Source: Eledone cirrhosa
Lineage: Eukaryota
Assembly: GCA_964016885.1 (NCBI GenBank)
Contig: OZ024741.1
Coordinates: forward strand, 73,780,001-73,844,000
Direction of reading: 5' to 3'
Length of the DNA stretch: 64,000 nucleotides
Positions within the stretch are counted from its first letter, which is position 1, and every line of letters begins with the position of its first letter. The notes under the pieces were generated by a model. The model saw only the letters and a list, made by a program, of their open reading frames with translations. It was not told where the DNA came from and searched no databases. Both the position numbers and the translations under genes were made by a program. Shown here piece after piece: positions 30,232 through 43,639 of this stretch.

Positions 30232-30291
<60 letters not shown>

Positions 30292-30651
30292 TTGTATATA
30301 CATATATACACACATTTATGCACTCAAATAGATAAAGAGAATCAACTACAAGTATTATGATTCTTTGTATATCCAAAGTTATATATACATATGTGTTTGT
30401 GTGCGCGCACACAAACACATATGTCCTTTCTTTCACACATCCAATGAGATATGCACACCCATAGATTAGGACAGACGTAATGCAACGTTACGACGCATAC
30501 AAATAATATTGAATATTCCAAGACAATCATACACACAGATACACACACACTCACACACATACACTTACATATATATAGGGCTAAGTGCTCTACTACTACT
30601 ACGGATATAACCCTTCAGTGTTCTACTATTATATATATATATACATATATA

Positions 30652-30749
30652 CAGGATGTCCCCAAAAAATGTATACACACTTTGATTTCCTTTTAAAGGC
30701 AATATTTATTAGAATGCTGTGCAAGTGTGTATACATATTTTGGGATATC

Positions 30750-30752
<3 letters not shown>
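30652..30752. mobile_element. Tc1/mariner-type MITE
   Basis: TIRs CAGGATGTCCCCAAAAAATGTATACACACTT / AAGTGTGTATACATATTTTGGGATATCCTG, flanked by TA. Confidence 0.85.
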
Positions 30753-30800
<48 letters not shown>

Positions 30801-31250
30801 GGTGTGTATATAAATATGTAGATTATTTATATTATTAGATTATATGCTATAGTAAGGCTGAAATCGTAATTTCTTCAGTAAATCTACCATGAGAATCTTC
30901 TGGAAAATCCAATTTCTCAGATTTCAAATCTATTTTATGTCTGCAAGCTGATTATTTGATGAAGACAATATGTAAATCTTTCTTTCTTAGATTGGAAGAT
31001 TTCTGTATTCTAGAATATTGTAAAAACTGCCTCTAAGTATTGCACAGGATGTGAATTCATAATTCCCACAAGCAATAAACATACACACACAAACACACAC
31101 ACACACACACTCACATACACACAAACACGCACACGCACACGTATATATGTATGTGTGTATGTGTTTGTGTGTGTGTATATATTTGTGTGTGTTCGCGTGT
31201 GTGCGTGCGTGCGTGCGTGCGTGCGCGCGCGTGTGTGTGTGCGTGCGTGC

Positions 31251-31312
<62 letters not shown>

Positions 31313-31973
31313 CTACAGAGCTTAAGGTGCCATTGCAAGACATGTACGTTTACTATACATAAACATATTGGATATGCTTTCATATACGCTGCTTTCTCCC
31401 CCCCCCCCCCGCTCTCTCTCACTCTCTCTCTCTCTCTTTATGTGTGTATAAGTATGTAAGTATATATATTATAATAAAATTCAAGATAATGAGAGAACCA
31501 CTTTGTGATAGATTTGTTTGGGAAGCAGTAATTTGATAACTTCCTCCCTATCTCTCTTTCACTTACAATAGTCATTTGTTTTTCGAGCTATCTATATCTC
31601 TATTTATGTATCTATCGTAAAAACGGCAACATCTATCGAGCCGTCTTTCTCTCTATCTATTTATATAACTTGCCTATCTGTCTATCTATCTGTCTGTTTG
31701 TCTATCTCTCCCGTTATCTCCATCTCCGTTGGTTTGTCTATTTCTATAGCTTTCCATATATCTACCTGTCTATCTATCTTCGGATGGTATAGACGTAGGT
31801 AACTTCAGCTCCTACCTTTTGGGAATATTTTACGTGTTAACAGTAAGTGTTTGTTTGTATTTTGTGTCCCCGTGTGAATTAACCTTCCGCCTAAGTTTGT
31901 AGACGGGGGGGTAATTTTATTTTTACCCTTTTTGGGGGTAAAAACTACCTTTTAAAAATTTTTGTTGACGTAT

Positions 31974-32939
31974 ATGTCAATAATGGACGCCATGAACAAC
32001 AACAACTCTGCCACGCCCCCTGACGAAAGTGAGAGAAAGGAACAACAAATGAATGTAATTGAAACTTCCCCCCTCTCACTTTCAAATACGATTTTGGACA
32101 ATGTTTCTACTGTAAATTGTGAAAATGTGGGTAAAAAACCAAAACATTTTAACATTAAATTGTATGAAAATACAAACGACACAAAACACCAACAACACAG
32201 ACACACACAAACTGCAAAACAACATCAACATAGACAAAGAAAACACAGAAAAAATAGAAAAAAAGCAACGAAAAAGAAAACAACGGGTACAAGGATAATG
32301 GAAAGGTTTCCTTTGCCCAAACTGCGAAAGAAAACCTTGAATACCTGCCAGTAGACATAAGCAATGCTAAGGAGCTACTGGCAGAAGCCAAAAAATACAT
32401 AGTATACGGGGAAAATGGATCATTTTCGATCCACCCCCGAGAAGGAGCATTTCCAAAAAGTTAAAAGAAAGAAAACACACCTCAGGCACACAAATAAAAA
32501 CAACCCTCCCCAAAACATAACACAGACATCAACACAAAAGAACACACAACAACAGCAAACAAAAAACACCACACAAAAACAAAAATATGCATACACATAC
32601 ATAAACACAAGAAACAAAAAACTGTTGAACATTATTTATAATAACAATCTGGTAAAAACCGAAGGGCCTAACTTCACCCAGGCAGGGGATTTCCCCCACC
32701 TCAAAATGATAAAAGTCCCAAGGGACATATACAAAACTTTAAAGGAGAGTTTTAAGAGGACGTGGGGCCCCCCTAAAAAATTTCCCCACCCCTCCCCAAA
32801 CACCCACACAACTCCAAACACCCCAACCCCACCACACACTGATGTCCCCACACTACCACAAACCTCCACCCCACCCAACAACCCCTCCCCCACCCCCATG
32901 GAAATTGTGCGGCCTGGTCCCCGGGACGCAGAGAGGTAG
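31974..32939 (+). pseudogene. Probable LINE ORF1 remnant (K/Q/T-rich then P-rich), frameshifted
   Basis: Open frames 31962-32354 and 32415-32939 with strong A/C skew end 28 bp before the ORF2 ATG; no recognisable domain. Confidence 0.5.
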
Positions 32940-32967
32940 GTGCCTCCTTTTTCTCTTTACCACCAAC

Positions 32968-35900
32968 ATGGCTGTATTGAGAGTGACTTGTCTAAATGCA
33001 CGTGGCCTGGGCTCATATTGGAAGCAAGCAAAACTACTAAATGACCTCAGGTCACGCTGTATAAATGTGATGCTCGGATCAGCAGCTTGCGCCAGCTGTA
33101 TAAACGTGAGGCCCGGATCAGCAGCGTACGCCAGCTATCCCCCACCTTTGACGACTTTGAGATGCACGCATCTCTCTGTCAGCCCGGAGGTGGAGGTGGG
33201 GTTGTCGTTCTGCTGCAAAAACATCTGGGTTTCGCCACACAGACGGTATACTTGGACCCGGAGGGTCGACTGGTGGTTTTAGACGTAAGCAGTGGTGAAG
33301 GCGGAGCCTTTAGGCTGGTTGCCGCCTACGCCCCTTTTGGGTCAGCGCGGCCGGACTTGTTCCAACGTCTGGAGACTTTTCTGGGGACGTCCCGCTCCTT
33401 GCTTTTGGTGGGGGACTGGAATGTTATCCTAGATGCACGTTGGGACTATGTAGGGGCATGTCCCGATAGAGGGGGGTGTAACAGCCTCGAGGGGTTAATC
33501 GGCCGATTTGACCTGGCCGATAGATATCGACTAGATTTTCCGACTGCGTCAACCTGGACTTGGGCAAACCGTAGCGGGTCATCTAGGTCGTAGCTAGAGA
33601 GGGTCCTAGTTAGAAATAAGGATAGGGACCTTTTAAGCTGTCCAGAGATGCTCATGGTTGGCTATTCGGATCACAAATTAGTGACCTGCTTAGTCAACCT
33701 TGATAGAACCCATAGACATGGACCCGGTTACTGGAAACTGAACTTGTCCTTACCGGCAAGTAAAGTGTACAGGGACCGGATTAGTACTTTAGTTAAGGAG
33801 CAGTTGACGGGAGCGATAGTCAACAGTAGGTGGTGGGGATCTCTCAAAAGAGAGATTAAAGTAGTTTCAATAGGATTTAGTAAGGAGTTAGCCTCAGATA
33901 GAAATAGGAAGGAAAGGGAGTTGGTAGATAGCGTAGAAGAGGCAATTAGAAGCGGCGACGTGGCCAGAGTGCTAGCGTCGAGAACGGCCTTGGGCCAGTT
34001 CTTTGACGTGAAGCACGAAGGCTGCGTTGTACGAAGCAAAATACGTGCTCTAAGAAACGAGGGGACCAAAGCTGTTAGCTGGGCCCGCGTGACAGAAGCC
34101 AAAAGAGGGATTAGATCCACTATCCGGTCTTTGCGAGACCAGGATGGACGGGTGATCCTTGAACCTAAGCAGATGTGTGAGGCCTTTCAAAAGCACTTTG
34201 CCCGATTGTTCGGGAGGGGCGGAGGCCGGATGGGGATGTGGACGTCGGTCCATACCTCGACGGCCTGCCGCGTCTTTCGGACGAGGAGGCGAAGTCCTGC
34301 AAGAGGCCGATTTCAGCTGCTGAAATAGGGAACGTGCTGAACCAATACAGCAAACGCAAATCCCCGGGTCTCGATGGTCTTCCATCCGAACTTTATTTAG
34401 CTATGTCGGACTTGTTCTCCGATCTCCTCGAGGCGGTCTACTTCAACTGGCAACAGAACGGGAGAATTCCCTATTCTGTGAAAAAGGGCGTAGTCTCGCT
34501 AGTGAGGAAGGACAAGAACAAGGGGGATTAGATTAGCAATTTTAGGCCCATAACTCTGCTAAATGCAGAGTTAAAGATTTTGGCCAAGGTGTTAGCAAAG
34601 AGGTTGGCGCTTGTCGTGGGCAACCTGGTAGGAGATGCGCAGACATGTGCTATCCCGTCCAGGTCCATTCACGACAACCTCCACCTCATGCGATACATCA
34701 TAGAGAGGGTAGGGAATGAACCCGGCTTTGGTGGGGCCCTGATCAACTTGGAACAGTCTAAGGCGTTCGATAGGGTCGACCATGGTTACCTGGATGCGGT
34801 GCTAGCGGCGGCAGGTTTCGGACCCCTTTTCAGGAGCTGGATCACTGCCATGCACAGCAGCAGCATCTGCTCTAGAGTCAAGGTGAACGTCTACCTCTCG
34901 AAGCCGTTCGAAATCACGCGGTCCATCCGACAGGGGTTCCCTCTCTCCTCCCTTCTGTATGTATTGGCCCTCGAGCCACTGCTGCGGAAGTTGGAGTTGT
35001 TGCAGGGCATCCCTTTGGAACAGGGATTGCGGAAAGCGGTGTCGGCCTACGCCGATGACGTAACAGTAATGGTGTCGACCACCTCGGAAATCGGGGAGAT
35101 CGGCACCTTACTGGAAGAGTATGAAAGGTTTACAGGGCCTTAGCTGAACCGGGACAAGTCGATCGGTTTGCAACTCGGCACGTGGAGGGGCAAACAAATG
35201 TCCTCGGATGGCGTCGTCGGACGCTGGACGGAGGGCCCGGTGAAGTTGCTAGGGGTCTGGTTTGGACCAGACCTCCAGGTGGAGAAGAGCTAGGGTGAGG
35301 TATCGAACAGGGTGTTTGCACTGACCCAGAAGTTGGCCGAGTGCAAACTATCCCTAAAAGGTCGGGCGGAGGTGGTGAACACTTATATAGCGTCCGTCAT
35401 CTACTACCGCCTGACCACCGTGCCTTGCCCAAGGGAAACGCTCACCAAAATGGAGCGCGCACTCTTCCAATTCCTTTGGGAGAAGCGGGCACCTTTGGTG
35501 AGGAGATCCATCTGCTGTCAACACCCTTCGAAAGGAGGGCTGGGGATGCCGTGGCTGCTGATGCGCAAACACGCATTAAGACTACGGCACCTCCAGGTAC
35601 TCCTCACCGGTCAACCGGTGTGGGCCCCGTTTATGAGACGAACCTCTCCGAGACTCGTCTCACTTACCGAGCTGCAATCCTGGGTAAAGCAAAGACCGAG
35701 AAAACTGGGCGCCTGGCACACCGAGTGTGCCCAGGCGTTCACGGCTCTCTGGCAGGCGGACCCGGCTGTCAGTGGCGACTCCACCTCGACATTCTATAGA
35801 GGGCTGGTGCGCAGCAGGTGCGACGACGCCCTTGGAGAAGCCCTAGGCATGGAGGAAGACGAACTGGCCAGCCTGTTCGGTAGGACATTTGGCCCGAGAC

Positions 35901-36416
35901 CTATGGACAACTACCAGAGGTCCCTGGCCTGGCAGTGCTACCGAGGGGCTCTGCCCGTTCGAGAAAAGCTCTACAGACACGGGTGCCCGGGTAGGGACCC
36001 CTCGAAAAAGATCTGTCCCAGATGCGCGCGCGACGAGGAAACTGTTGCGCACGCATTGGTACACTTCCCGGGCGTCGCCGATCTGTGGGGCTATGTCAAA
36101 CGACTGCTTTCACGGGTGGGACCAATCCGGTTGACCACCGAGTCCATTGTAACGATCAAGCCGCCTCCCCCCTTCAAAAATGAAGGAGAGGCGGTGTTTC
36201 TGTGCGTAATAGCCATGGTGAAAGAGATTATATGTGGATGCGATTGAAAGGGCTGAGGTCGGAAACCTTTCTCTCCGGCCAACAACTGGTCCTCTTCTTC
36301 CGATACCATTTCGGAAGAAGGATCAGGTGCTCCACCCCAGCCAGTTATACGAAAGGTGGGTGAAAGTGGCGAGAATGGCCCGTGTGAATGAGCCTTCTCT
36401 CTATATCATCCTGTAG
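32968..36416 (+). pseudogene. LINE ORF2: APE endonuclease, reverse transcriptase and C-terminal Cys/His domain, with stops and frameshifts
   Basis: MAVLRVTCLNARG, LVGDWN, YSDHKLV, GPGYWKLN, KSPGLDGLP, KAFDRVDH, RQGFPLS, AYADDVTV, GGLGMP, CPRC..ETVAHAL; ~41-bp tandem duplication at 33056-33136. Confidence 0.95.
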
Positions 36417-36660
36417 GTGAAAAGGGTAGAGGAAGAAAGGAGCGCCCTCTCTTTGGGCTCCCGAGGAGAAGGGTTGCACATTTTTTAGGGGGGGTGTGCG
36501 ACCCCAAAACGCCCCCTCCCTATTGAGGACTTCGATTGATTTATTTTATTTGTTATACTTTTGTACTCGTTTTATTGTATGTAACCCCCCCCCCCTTGTA
36601 TTTGTCCCCTTCTTTTATGCCCTGGTGGCAAATAAATAGAAACTTATCTATCTATCTGTC

Positions 36661-37652
36661 TCTCACAGTGCTCTGTCAAGCGGGCGCAGCAATCAGTGGA
36701 GACTCCACTTCGACATTCTATAGAGGGTTAGTACTTTACAAATGCGACGACGTGCTCGGGGAGACTCTAGGCGTCGAAGAAAACGAGCTCACCAGTCTAT
36801 TCGGTAGGACTTTCCGCCCGGGACCTATGGACAACTTCCAGAGATTCCTGGCCTGGCAGTGCTACCTAGGAACTCTACCCGTTCGAGATAAGATCTACAG
36901 GTACGGACGCCCCGGCAGGGATCCTTCCAAGAAGACGTGTCCAAGATGAGAGCAGGACATTGAAACCGTCTTGCATGCAATTGTACACTGCCCGGGTGTA
37001 AGCGACCTGTGGAACTATGCAGAACAACTGCTGTCGCGTATGGGACAAATCCAGTTGACTGCCGAGTCCATAGTAAGGATCAAACCGCCAGCCTCTTTCA
37101 AAAACGAAAGAGAGGCGGTTTTCCTCTGTACAGTGGCTATGGTGAAAGAGGTTATATGGTGGACGAGATTGAGAGGACTGAGGACAGATGCCTTTCTCTC
37201 CGGACAACAATTGATTCCCTTCTTTAAGTATCACCTTAGAAGGAGAATCAGAGTGGAGAGAGAGGCACTGCACCCCAGTAAATTTACTGAAAGGTGGGTG
37301 AATGAAGCAAAAATGGCCCGAGTGATTGGGGCTTCTCTGTATATAAACCTGCAGGTTGAAGAAGAAAGCAAAAGGAAGAAAGGAGCACTTGCATAACAAG
37401 CTCCTGAAGTTGAGGGTTGTTCTATCTACGGGGTATTAAACAACCCATTTGTGGCGTCTCCCCACTATTGGGGATTTCGATTGTTATAATTGTTTGTTAT
37501 ATATTTTTTGTTACACGACTGTATGTAAAATCCCCGGCATGTGTCTTTGTATTGTCCCCTTTTCTTGTGCGCCCTTGTGGCAAGTAAAGAAATATATCTA
37601 TCTATCTTTTTATCTATCCATTTATACACCTACATATCTATCTATTTATCTA
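36661..37652 (+). mobile_element. Second, 5'-truncated Tx1-family copy directly after the tail of the first
   Basis: ISGDSTSTFYRGLV..CPR..HAIVHCPGV matches 35760-36416; has its own 3'UTR and (CTAT)n tail. Confidence 0.92.
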
Positions 37653-37731
37653 TTGATGTAAAATACCAATGTATCTATTTCTGGACAAGAACAACAATAA
37701 CAACAAAGCACGAAGCCCAGTGGCAATCCGT

Positions 37732-37765
<34 letters not shown>

Positions 37766-37826
<61 letters not shown>

Positions 37827-38170
37827 TATATATGTCTTTACTTGCCACAAGGGCGCACAAGAAAAGGGGACAATACAAAGACACATGCCGGGAATTTTAT
37901 ATACAATCGTGTAAAAATATTATTAAAACAAACAAATTTAACAATCGAAATCCCCAATAGAAGTGGAACTACACAGAACAACTGCTGTTGCGTATGGGAC
38001 AAATCCAGTTGACTGCCGAGTCCATAGTAAGGATCAAACCGCCAACTTCTTTCAAAAACGAAAGAGAGGCGGTTTCCTCTGTATAGTGGCTATGGTAAAA
38101 CAGATAGATAGATAGATAGATAGATAGATAGGTAAGTCGGTAGGTAGGTAGATAGATAGACAGACAGACA
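37766..38170 (-). mobile_element. Third Tx1-family copy with 5' inversion inside (GATA)n
   Basis: 37766-37960 is the reverse complement of the 3'UTR and tail of the 36661 copy; 37963-38100 is a forward copy of 37009-37146; (GATA)n on both sides. Confidence 0.85.
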
Positions 38171-38411
38171 AATAGAGGAAAGTCATTATAATTTAGTGTC
38201 TATATATAATGTCTAAAGAGAATACGGAATATAATTAATATAATTGATTTAAATTAATATAAAATTAAATACAACAGTAGTTGTAGCGACAAGAGGGAGG
38301 TTGTAGCGACAAGAGGGAGAAGCTCAAAGTTAAACAGGATTCAAGCATTTTTACAAAGAATGTTGTCTTTCTCTATAAACCCTGTCATTTTTACAGGTAC
38401 TATGCCAGCAT

Positions 38412-38491
<80 letters not shown>

Positions 38492-38639
38492 TTTTTCTTT
38501 AACCTCTTATTCCGGTGAGTGTCGTTGGGTCAGGGTCCTCAAGTACGTCTTCCAGCAGGTCCTGCCAGAAGCAACCGTCTCCAACTGATCCAGCTGGATC
38601 TCCAAACGAGACCAGTCAAGCTCATGGATATTATCCAAT

Positions 38640-39503
38640 CATTTTCCTCGGGGTCTACCCCTGGGACTCATGTCGGCTTGTTTTGCCAGTGCGTTACAAG
38701 TACTACATTTTATCGACCCCGCAAAGATGAAAGGTGGATTTTAAACTCGGGACGTAAAGGGCCGTATCTACATGCCGATACTGCCAATCCCCCGCCTTCT
38801 CACTACAGCCCTAAAGACTAAACATTTTGGAGGAGGGTAAGTCGATCAATTCGACCCCTGTACTAGTACTTTACCCATGCTATAATAATTGTTTCTACTT
38901 TAGGCACAAGGCCATCAATTTGAAGGGGAGGGGAAAGTCGGTTAAATCAACCCTAGTACATTGCTGGTACTTTATTTTATCGAACCCATAAGGATGAAAA
39001 GCAAAGCTAACATCGGCGGGATCCCAACTCAGAACGTAAAGGGACGTAACTATATGCCGCAAAGTATGTTGTCCGACACTCTACCGATACTGCCAATCCA
39101 CCACCAACGGATACTATAATAATGGTTTCTGATTTAGGCACAAGGCCAGCAATTTGAAGTGAGGGGAAAGTCGATTATATTCTACCAGTACATTACTGGT
39201 ACTTTATTTTATCGACCTCATAAGGATAAAAAGCAAAGCTAGCCTCGGTGGTGGGATTTGAACTCAGAACGTAAAGGGCCGTAATGCTCTAATAATAATT
39301 GTTTCTACTTTTGGCACAAGGCCAGCCAATAACCAGTGCATTACTGGTACTTTATTTTATCGACCCCGTAAGGATGAAAGGCAAGGGTTAACCTCGGCGG
39401 GATTTGAACTCAAAATGGCAAGGGCCGTAACTCTATGCGTCAAAGCATGTCGTCTGACCGTCTACTGATACTGCCAATCCACCGTAATGCTCTAATAATA
39501 ATA
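38640..39503 (-). mobile_element. Cluster of 4-5 head-to-tail family A SINEs
   Basis: Repeated GTTTCTACTTT.GGCACAAGGCC..TACTTTATTTTATCGAC blocks near 38700, 38890, 39125 and 39300; the last copy is flanked by the duplication CCGTAATGCTCTAATAATAAT. Confidence 0.85.
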
Positions 39504-39724
39504 ATGGGGGGAGTTGACAGGTCTGCACTTACATGTTAATTTAACAATTCAGGACGTTTAATTGATAGAAGGATTGAGTTCGCATCGTCAAAACTGACGG
39601 AGATCCTTTTCCGAATTATTTTTACTTGTTTTTAAGATATTCTGTAGCTGTATGCGTCTTGTGTGTGTGTATATATATCTATATATTTGTATGTGTGTGC
39701 ACGTGTGTATATATCTGTGTGTAT

Positions 39725-39960
39725 GAAGGCGCGTAGTTTAATGGTTAAGATATTTGGTGATTTTGATTCCCGGTAGTACATTGAGTCCTTGAGCAAGTCA
39801 CCTTATTTCACGTTGCTCCAGTCTACTCATTTAGAAAGAATGAGTTGTACATGTAATACAAAGAACCAGTCTTGTCAATTCTGAATCTCCCTTAGAACTA
39901 CGTTAAGGTTGCTTTTTCTGTGGAATGCTCCGTACCTTGCACATTAAATTTGCGAAACTG
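39725..39960 (+). mobile_element. Family B SINE, diverged
   Basis: GAAGGCGCGT head and GTCCTTGAGCAAG..TTATTTCACGTTGCTCCAG. Confidence 0.8.
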
Positions 39961-40021
39961 GCGGAGGTTCAATCCACACACATATATGCACACCTTTGTG
40001 CTTATGTGTGTGTGTGAGTGA

Positions 40022-40094
<73 letters not shown>

Positions 40095-40550
40095 GTTTGG
40101 ATGCTTTTCCTTCATTACTGAACACAGAAATTGAGAAGTGAAACGAATATATTCAAGAAACGAAGTTAGAAAAAGAGAGAGAGTGGGTGGGGGAGAGAAA
40201 GAGAGTGGGAGAGAGGAAAAAGAAGGAGTACATGTTATAAAGAGTAGGCGGGATGAAAGAAATGTGAGACTTTTCCATTAATTTCAGCAATTATGGAAGA
40301 CCAAATTGGGTATATTTTAATAGAATTATTAGAACATTTGGAATTCTTGCCTCAATATTATATAGAATTACACACACATGCACACGCTCATACACACACA
40401 TGTATATGTACATGTCTATGCATGTCTATATCCATGCAGATATATGTGCGTGTGTATATATGTATGTCATATATATATATATCACCATCCTTAACTATGT
40501 CCTTATTCTGTCACTTTCTCTCTACTTCTCTCCCTCTCTATATATATATG

Positions 40551-40715
<165 letters not shown>

Positions 40716-41828
40716 TCTATAGATTCCTATTAGCCTTATCAGACTCACTAAGTTTGGGTGTTTGATACAAACCCATTCTAAATATTTTCGATGAAAGCAT
40801 TACGACTGTTGCCGGCGGAAATAGATGGAACAATAGGATGTAACGAACCAAACGTTGAAGAAATATATGAGAAAAAAAATCGAAATATTCATAATGAGGC
40901 TGGGTAAACAACTTTCATACTATCACTACTACCACTATCACCCCTACTATCATTGCTACTCCTGTTGTATCTCTACCACCTTGTCCCACTACTACCACCG
41001 CCACCACTGTTATCCCTCCTACTACAGTATAATCGCCACCGCCTTGTACCACTACTACCACTCTTGTTGTTGTTACCATCATACCATTGGTGCGCAGATA
41101 TTTTACATACTGTCTATACCCCCACAGTATCTTCTTGTTGTTTTTCAGTTTTTCGAATGTTTTTTTTTGGGGGGGGGTACTTTTACATCAATATAATACA
41201 AGTGTCTTGTGTATGTTTATATACAGACCTACACACACACGCACACACACACACACACACGCATACACACATATATACATACATCTGGAGGTGTGCTGTG
41301 CTTTCTAACATTTTAATTTTTTATAAATGCCTGTACATCAATACAAATATGTAGAGCAAATATATTATATATTATGTATGTATACACGTACGTCTATTTA
41401 TATATATATATATATATGCGTGTGTGTGCGTTTGTGTGTGTATATATGTGTGTGTATATATATATGTGTATATATGTGTGTGTTTCCGTGTATGTATATA
41501 TACATACACGGCAACACACACACACATATACATAGGATCCTTGTGTTTACAAACTTTGTCTTTTTTTCTACGATTTTTTCTCTTTTTCTTCCTGTTTTTT
41601 TCGATGAAGGACCTACATATAAAACGTTAAAATTAGTTCCATTGCTTTGAGCGTAAACCTAATAACAGTAACCCAGTAAGAGTCATTTTCTTTTGTGATC
41701 ATGTCATTATTTTGGGGGTATTTCATGTGTCTAGTATACATATACGCATATAAGTATATATACACATATATATATATGTGTGTGTGTGTGTGTGTATACA
41801 AACATACATATATGTGCATGTATGTATG

Positions 41829-41971
<143 letters not shown>

Positions 41972-41982
41972 ATATATAAATA

Positions 41983-42033
<51 letters not shown>

Positions 42034-42037
<4 letters not shown>

Positions 42038-42089
42038 CAGAATTAGCCGTCGAAACGGCTTGAGCTCAGCCGTCGGGGTCCTACTCGTT

Positions 42090-42092
<3 letters not shown>
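42034..42092 (+). mobile_element. Terminal fragment of a small hairpin-ended element in (TA)n
   Basis: TTAGCCGTCGAAACGGCTTGAGCTCAGCCGTCGGGGTCCTACTCGTTC recurs, with variation, at 48483-48531 and 62758-62806. Confidence 0.7.
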
Positions 42093-42166
<74 letters not shown>

Positions 42167-42167
42167 A

Positions 42168-43040
42168 TATGAATAAAGTTAGTCCTTCATCAGTGATCTT
42201 CCAACCATCATTGGTATTTCATCGCTTTAAAGACCATATACCTCCGGTTGGTGCGAGCAACGGCTAAAAAAAGTCGTTGGGACACGTAAATAAAGGGAAC
42301 ACGAGTGTAAACAAACAAAAATGGTGAAGCAACGAAAAGTGAGGAAGAAGGAGTCAAGTCTCAAATTTCTATGAATTTAAATTCGGTGAAATCGTGAAGG
42401 AGAGAGAATAAAGACCATCAAACCTGGTTGGAATGTGAGCAAGGAAGGAATTCCGTACAGGTCTAACGGGAGGAAGAAGGGATCTAGTCTGTGATTTCGG
42501 TGAACGTAAGTTCTGTGAAATCGTAGACGAGAGAGAAAAAAAATGCGACCTGCCAGACCAAGCGTGCGAAAAGAATTACGCACAGGTCAAACGGGAAGAA
42601 GGGGAAGGAGGAGAGGTAGTAACAGAGAATGAGTGAGTGAAGGGTGAGGAAGAGGCTAACAGAGAGAGTGACTGCGAGAGGGTAAAGATACAGAGAAAGA
42701 GGAAGCAGTAAGAACGAAATAGACGTGTAACAGCGGGGAAAAAAATATGTGTAAATATGAGAAAAACGTGCTGCTGAGTTGCTAATGGGTTACATATGAA
42801 TAAAGTTAGTCCTTCTTCAGTGATCTTCCAACCATCATTGGTATTTCATCGCTTTAAAGACCATATACCTCCGGTTGGTGCGAGCAACGGCTAAAAAAAG
42901 TCGTTGGGACACGTAAATAAAGGGGACACGAGAGTGTAAACAAACAAAGATGGTGAAGCAACGAAAAGTGAGGAAGAAAGAATCAAGTCCCAAATTTCCA
43001 TGAATATAAGTTCGGTGAAATCGTGAACGAATAAAGACCA
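42168..43040 (-). mobile_element. Non-coding unit with ~250-bp terminal direct repeats (627-bp period), PLE-like
   Basis: 42171-42418 matches 42798-43040; each ends on the minus strand with CTGANGAAGGACTAAC, only the 5' half of an HHR. Confidence 0.6.
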
Positions 43041-43060
43041 TACATGTATATATATAAATA

Positions 43061-43145
<85 letters not shown>

Positions 43146-43156
43146 ATATATAAATA

Positions 43157-43207
<51 letters not shown>

Positions 43208-43218
43208 ATATATATATA

Positions 43219-43283
<65 letters not shown>

Positions 43284-43287
43284 ATAT

Positions 43288-43325
<38 letters not shown>

Positions 43326-43336
43326 ATATATAAATA

Positions 43337-43463
<127 letters not shown>

Positions 43464-43474
43464 ATATATAAATA

Positions 43475-43519
<45 letters not shown>

Positions 43520-43639
43520 AGAGAGAGAGATGTTTTGTCTGCGTGCATGCATGTGTGTCTGTCTGTCTGTCTGTCTGTGCATTTCCCTTACTAATTAGAA
43601 TTTTAGAGTTTTGTTTTACTGCCCGGCCACGTGCTCGAT

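Larger units (their letters stand above)
28785..30235 (+). mobile_element. 462-bp tandem array (3.14 copies) with one hammerhead per monomer; non-LTR retrozyme-like
   Basis: Exact 462-bp period (identical ORF translations at 28906/29368/29830); HHRs at 28971, 29433 and 29895; no credible coding capacity. Confidence 0.88.
31780..36660 (+). mobile_element. Near-full-length Tx1/L1-clade LINE, inactivated
   Basis: Upstream ORF1-like region, APE-RT-zinc ORF2, AATAAA at 36631 and (TCTA)n tail. The 5' boundary is approximate. Confidence 0.9.

Noticed and set aside
28785-30235. Array as a CRISPR locus or repeated protein-coding exons
   Set aside because: There are no unique spacers or cas genes and the context is eukaryotic; the ORFs cross TA microsatellites and have no motifs.
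42795-42870. Type II hammerhead reading (GAAA before CTGAAGA on the minus strand)
   Set aside because: Stems I and II cannot be formed around the core.
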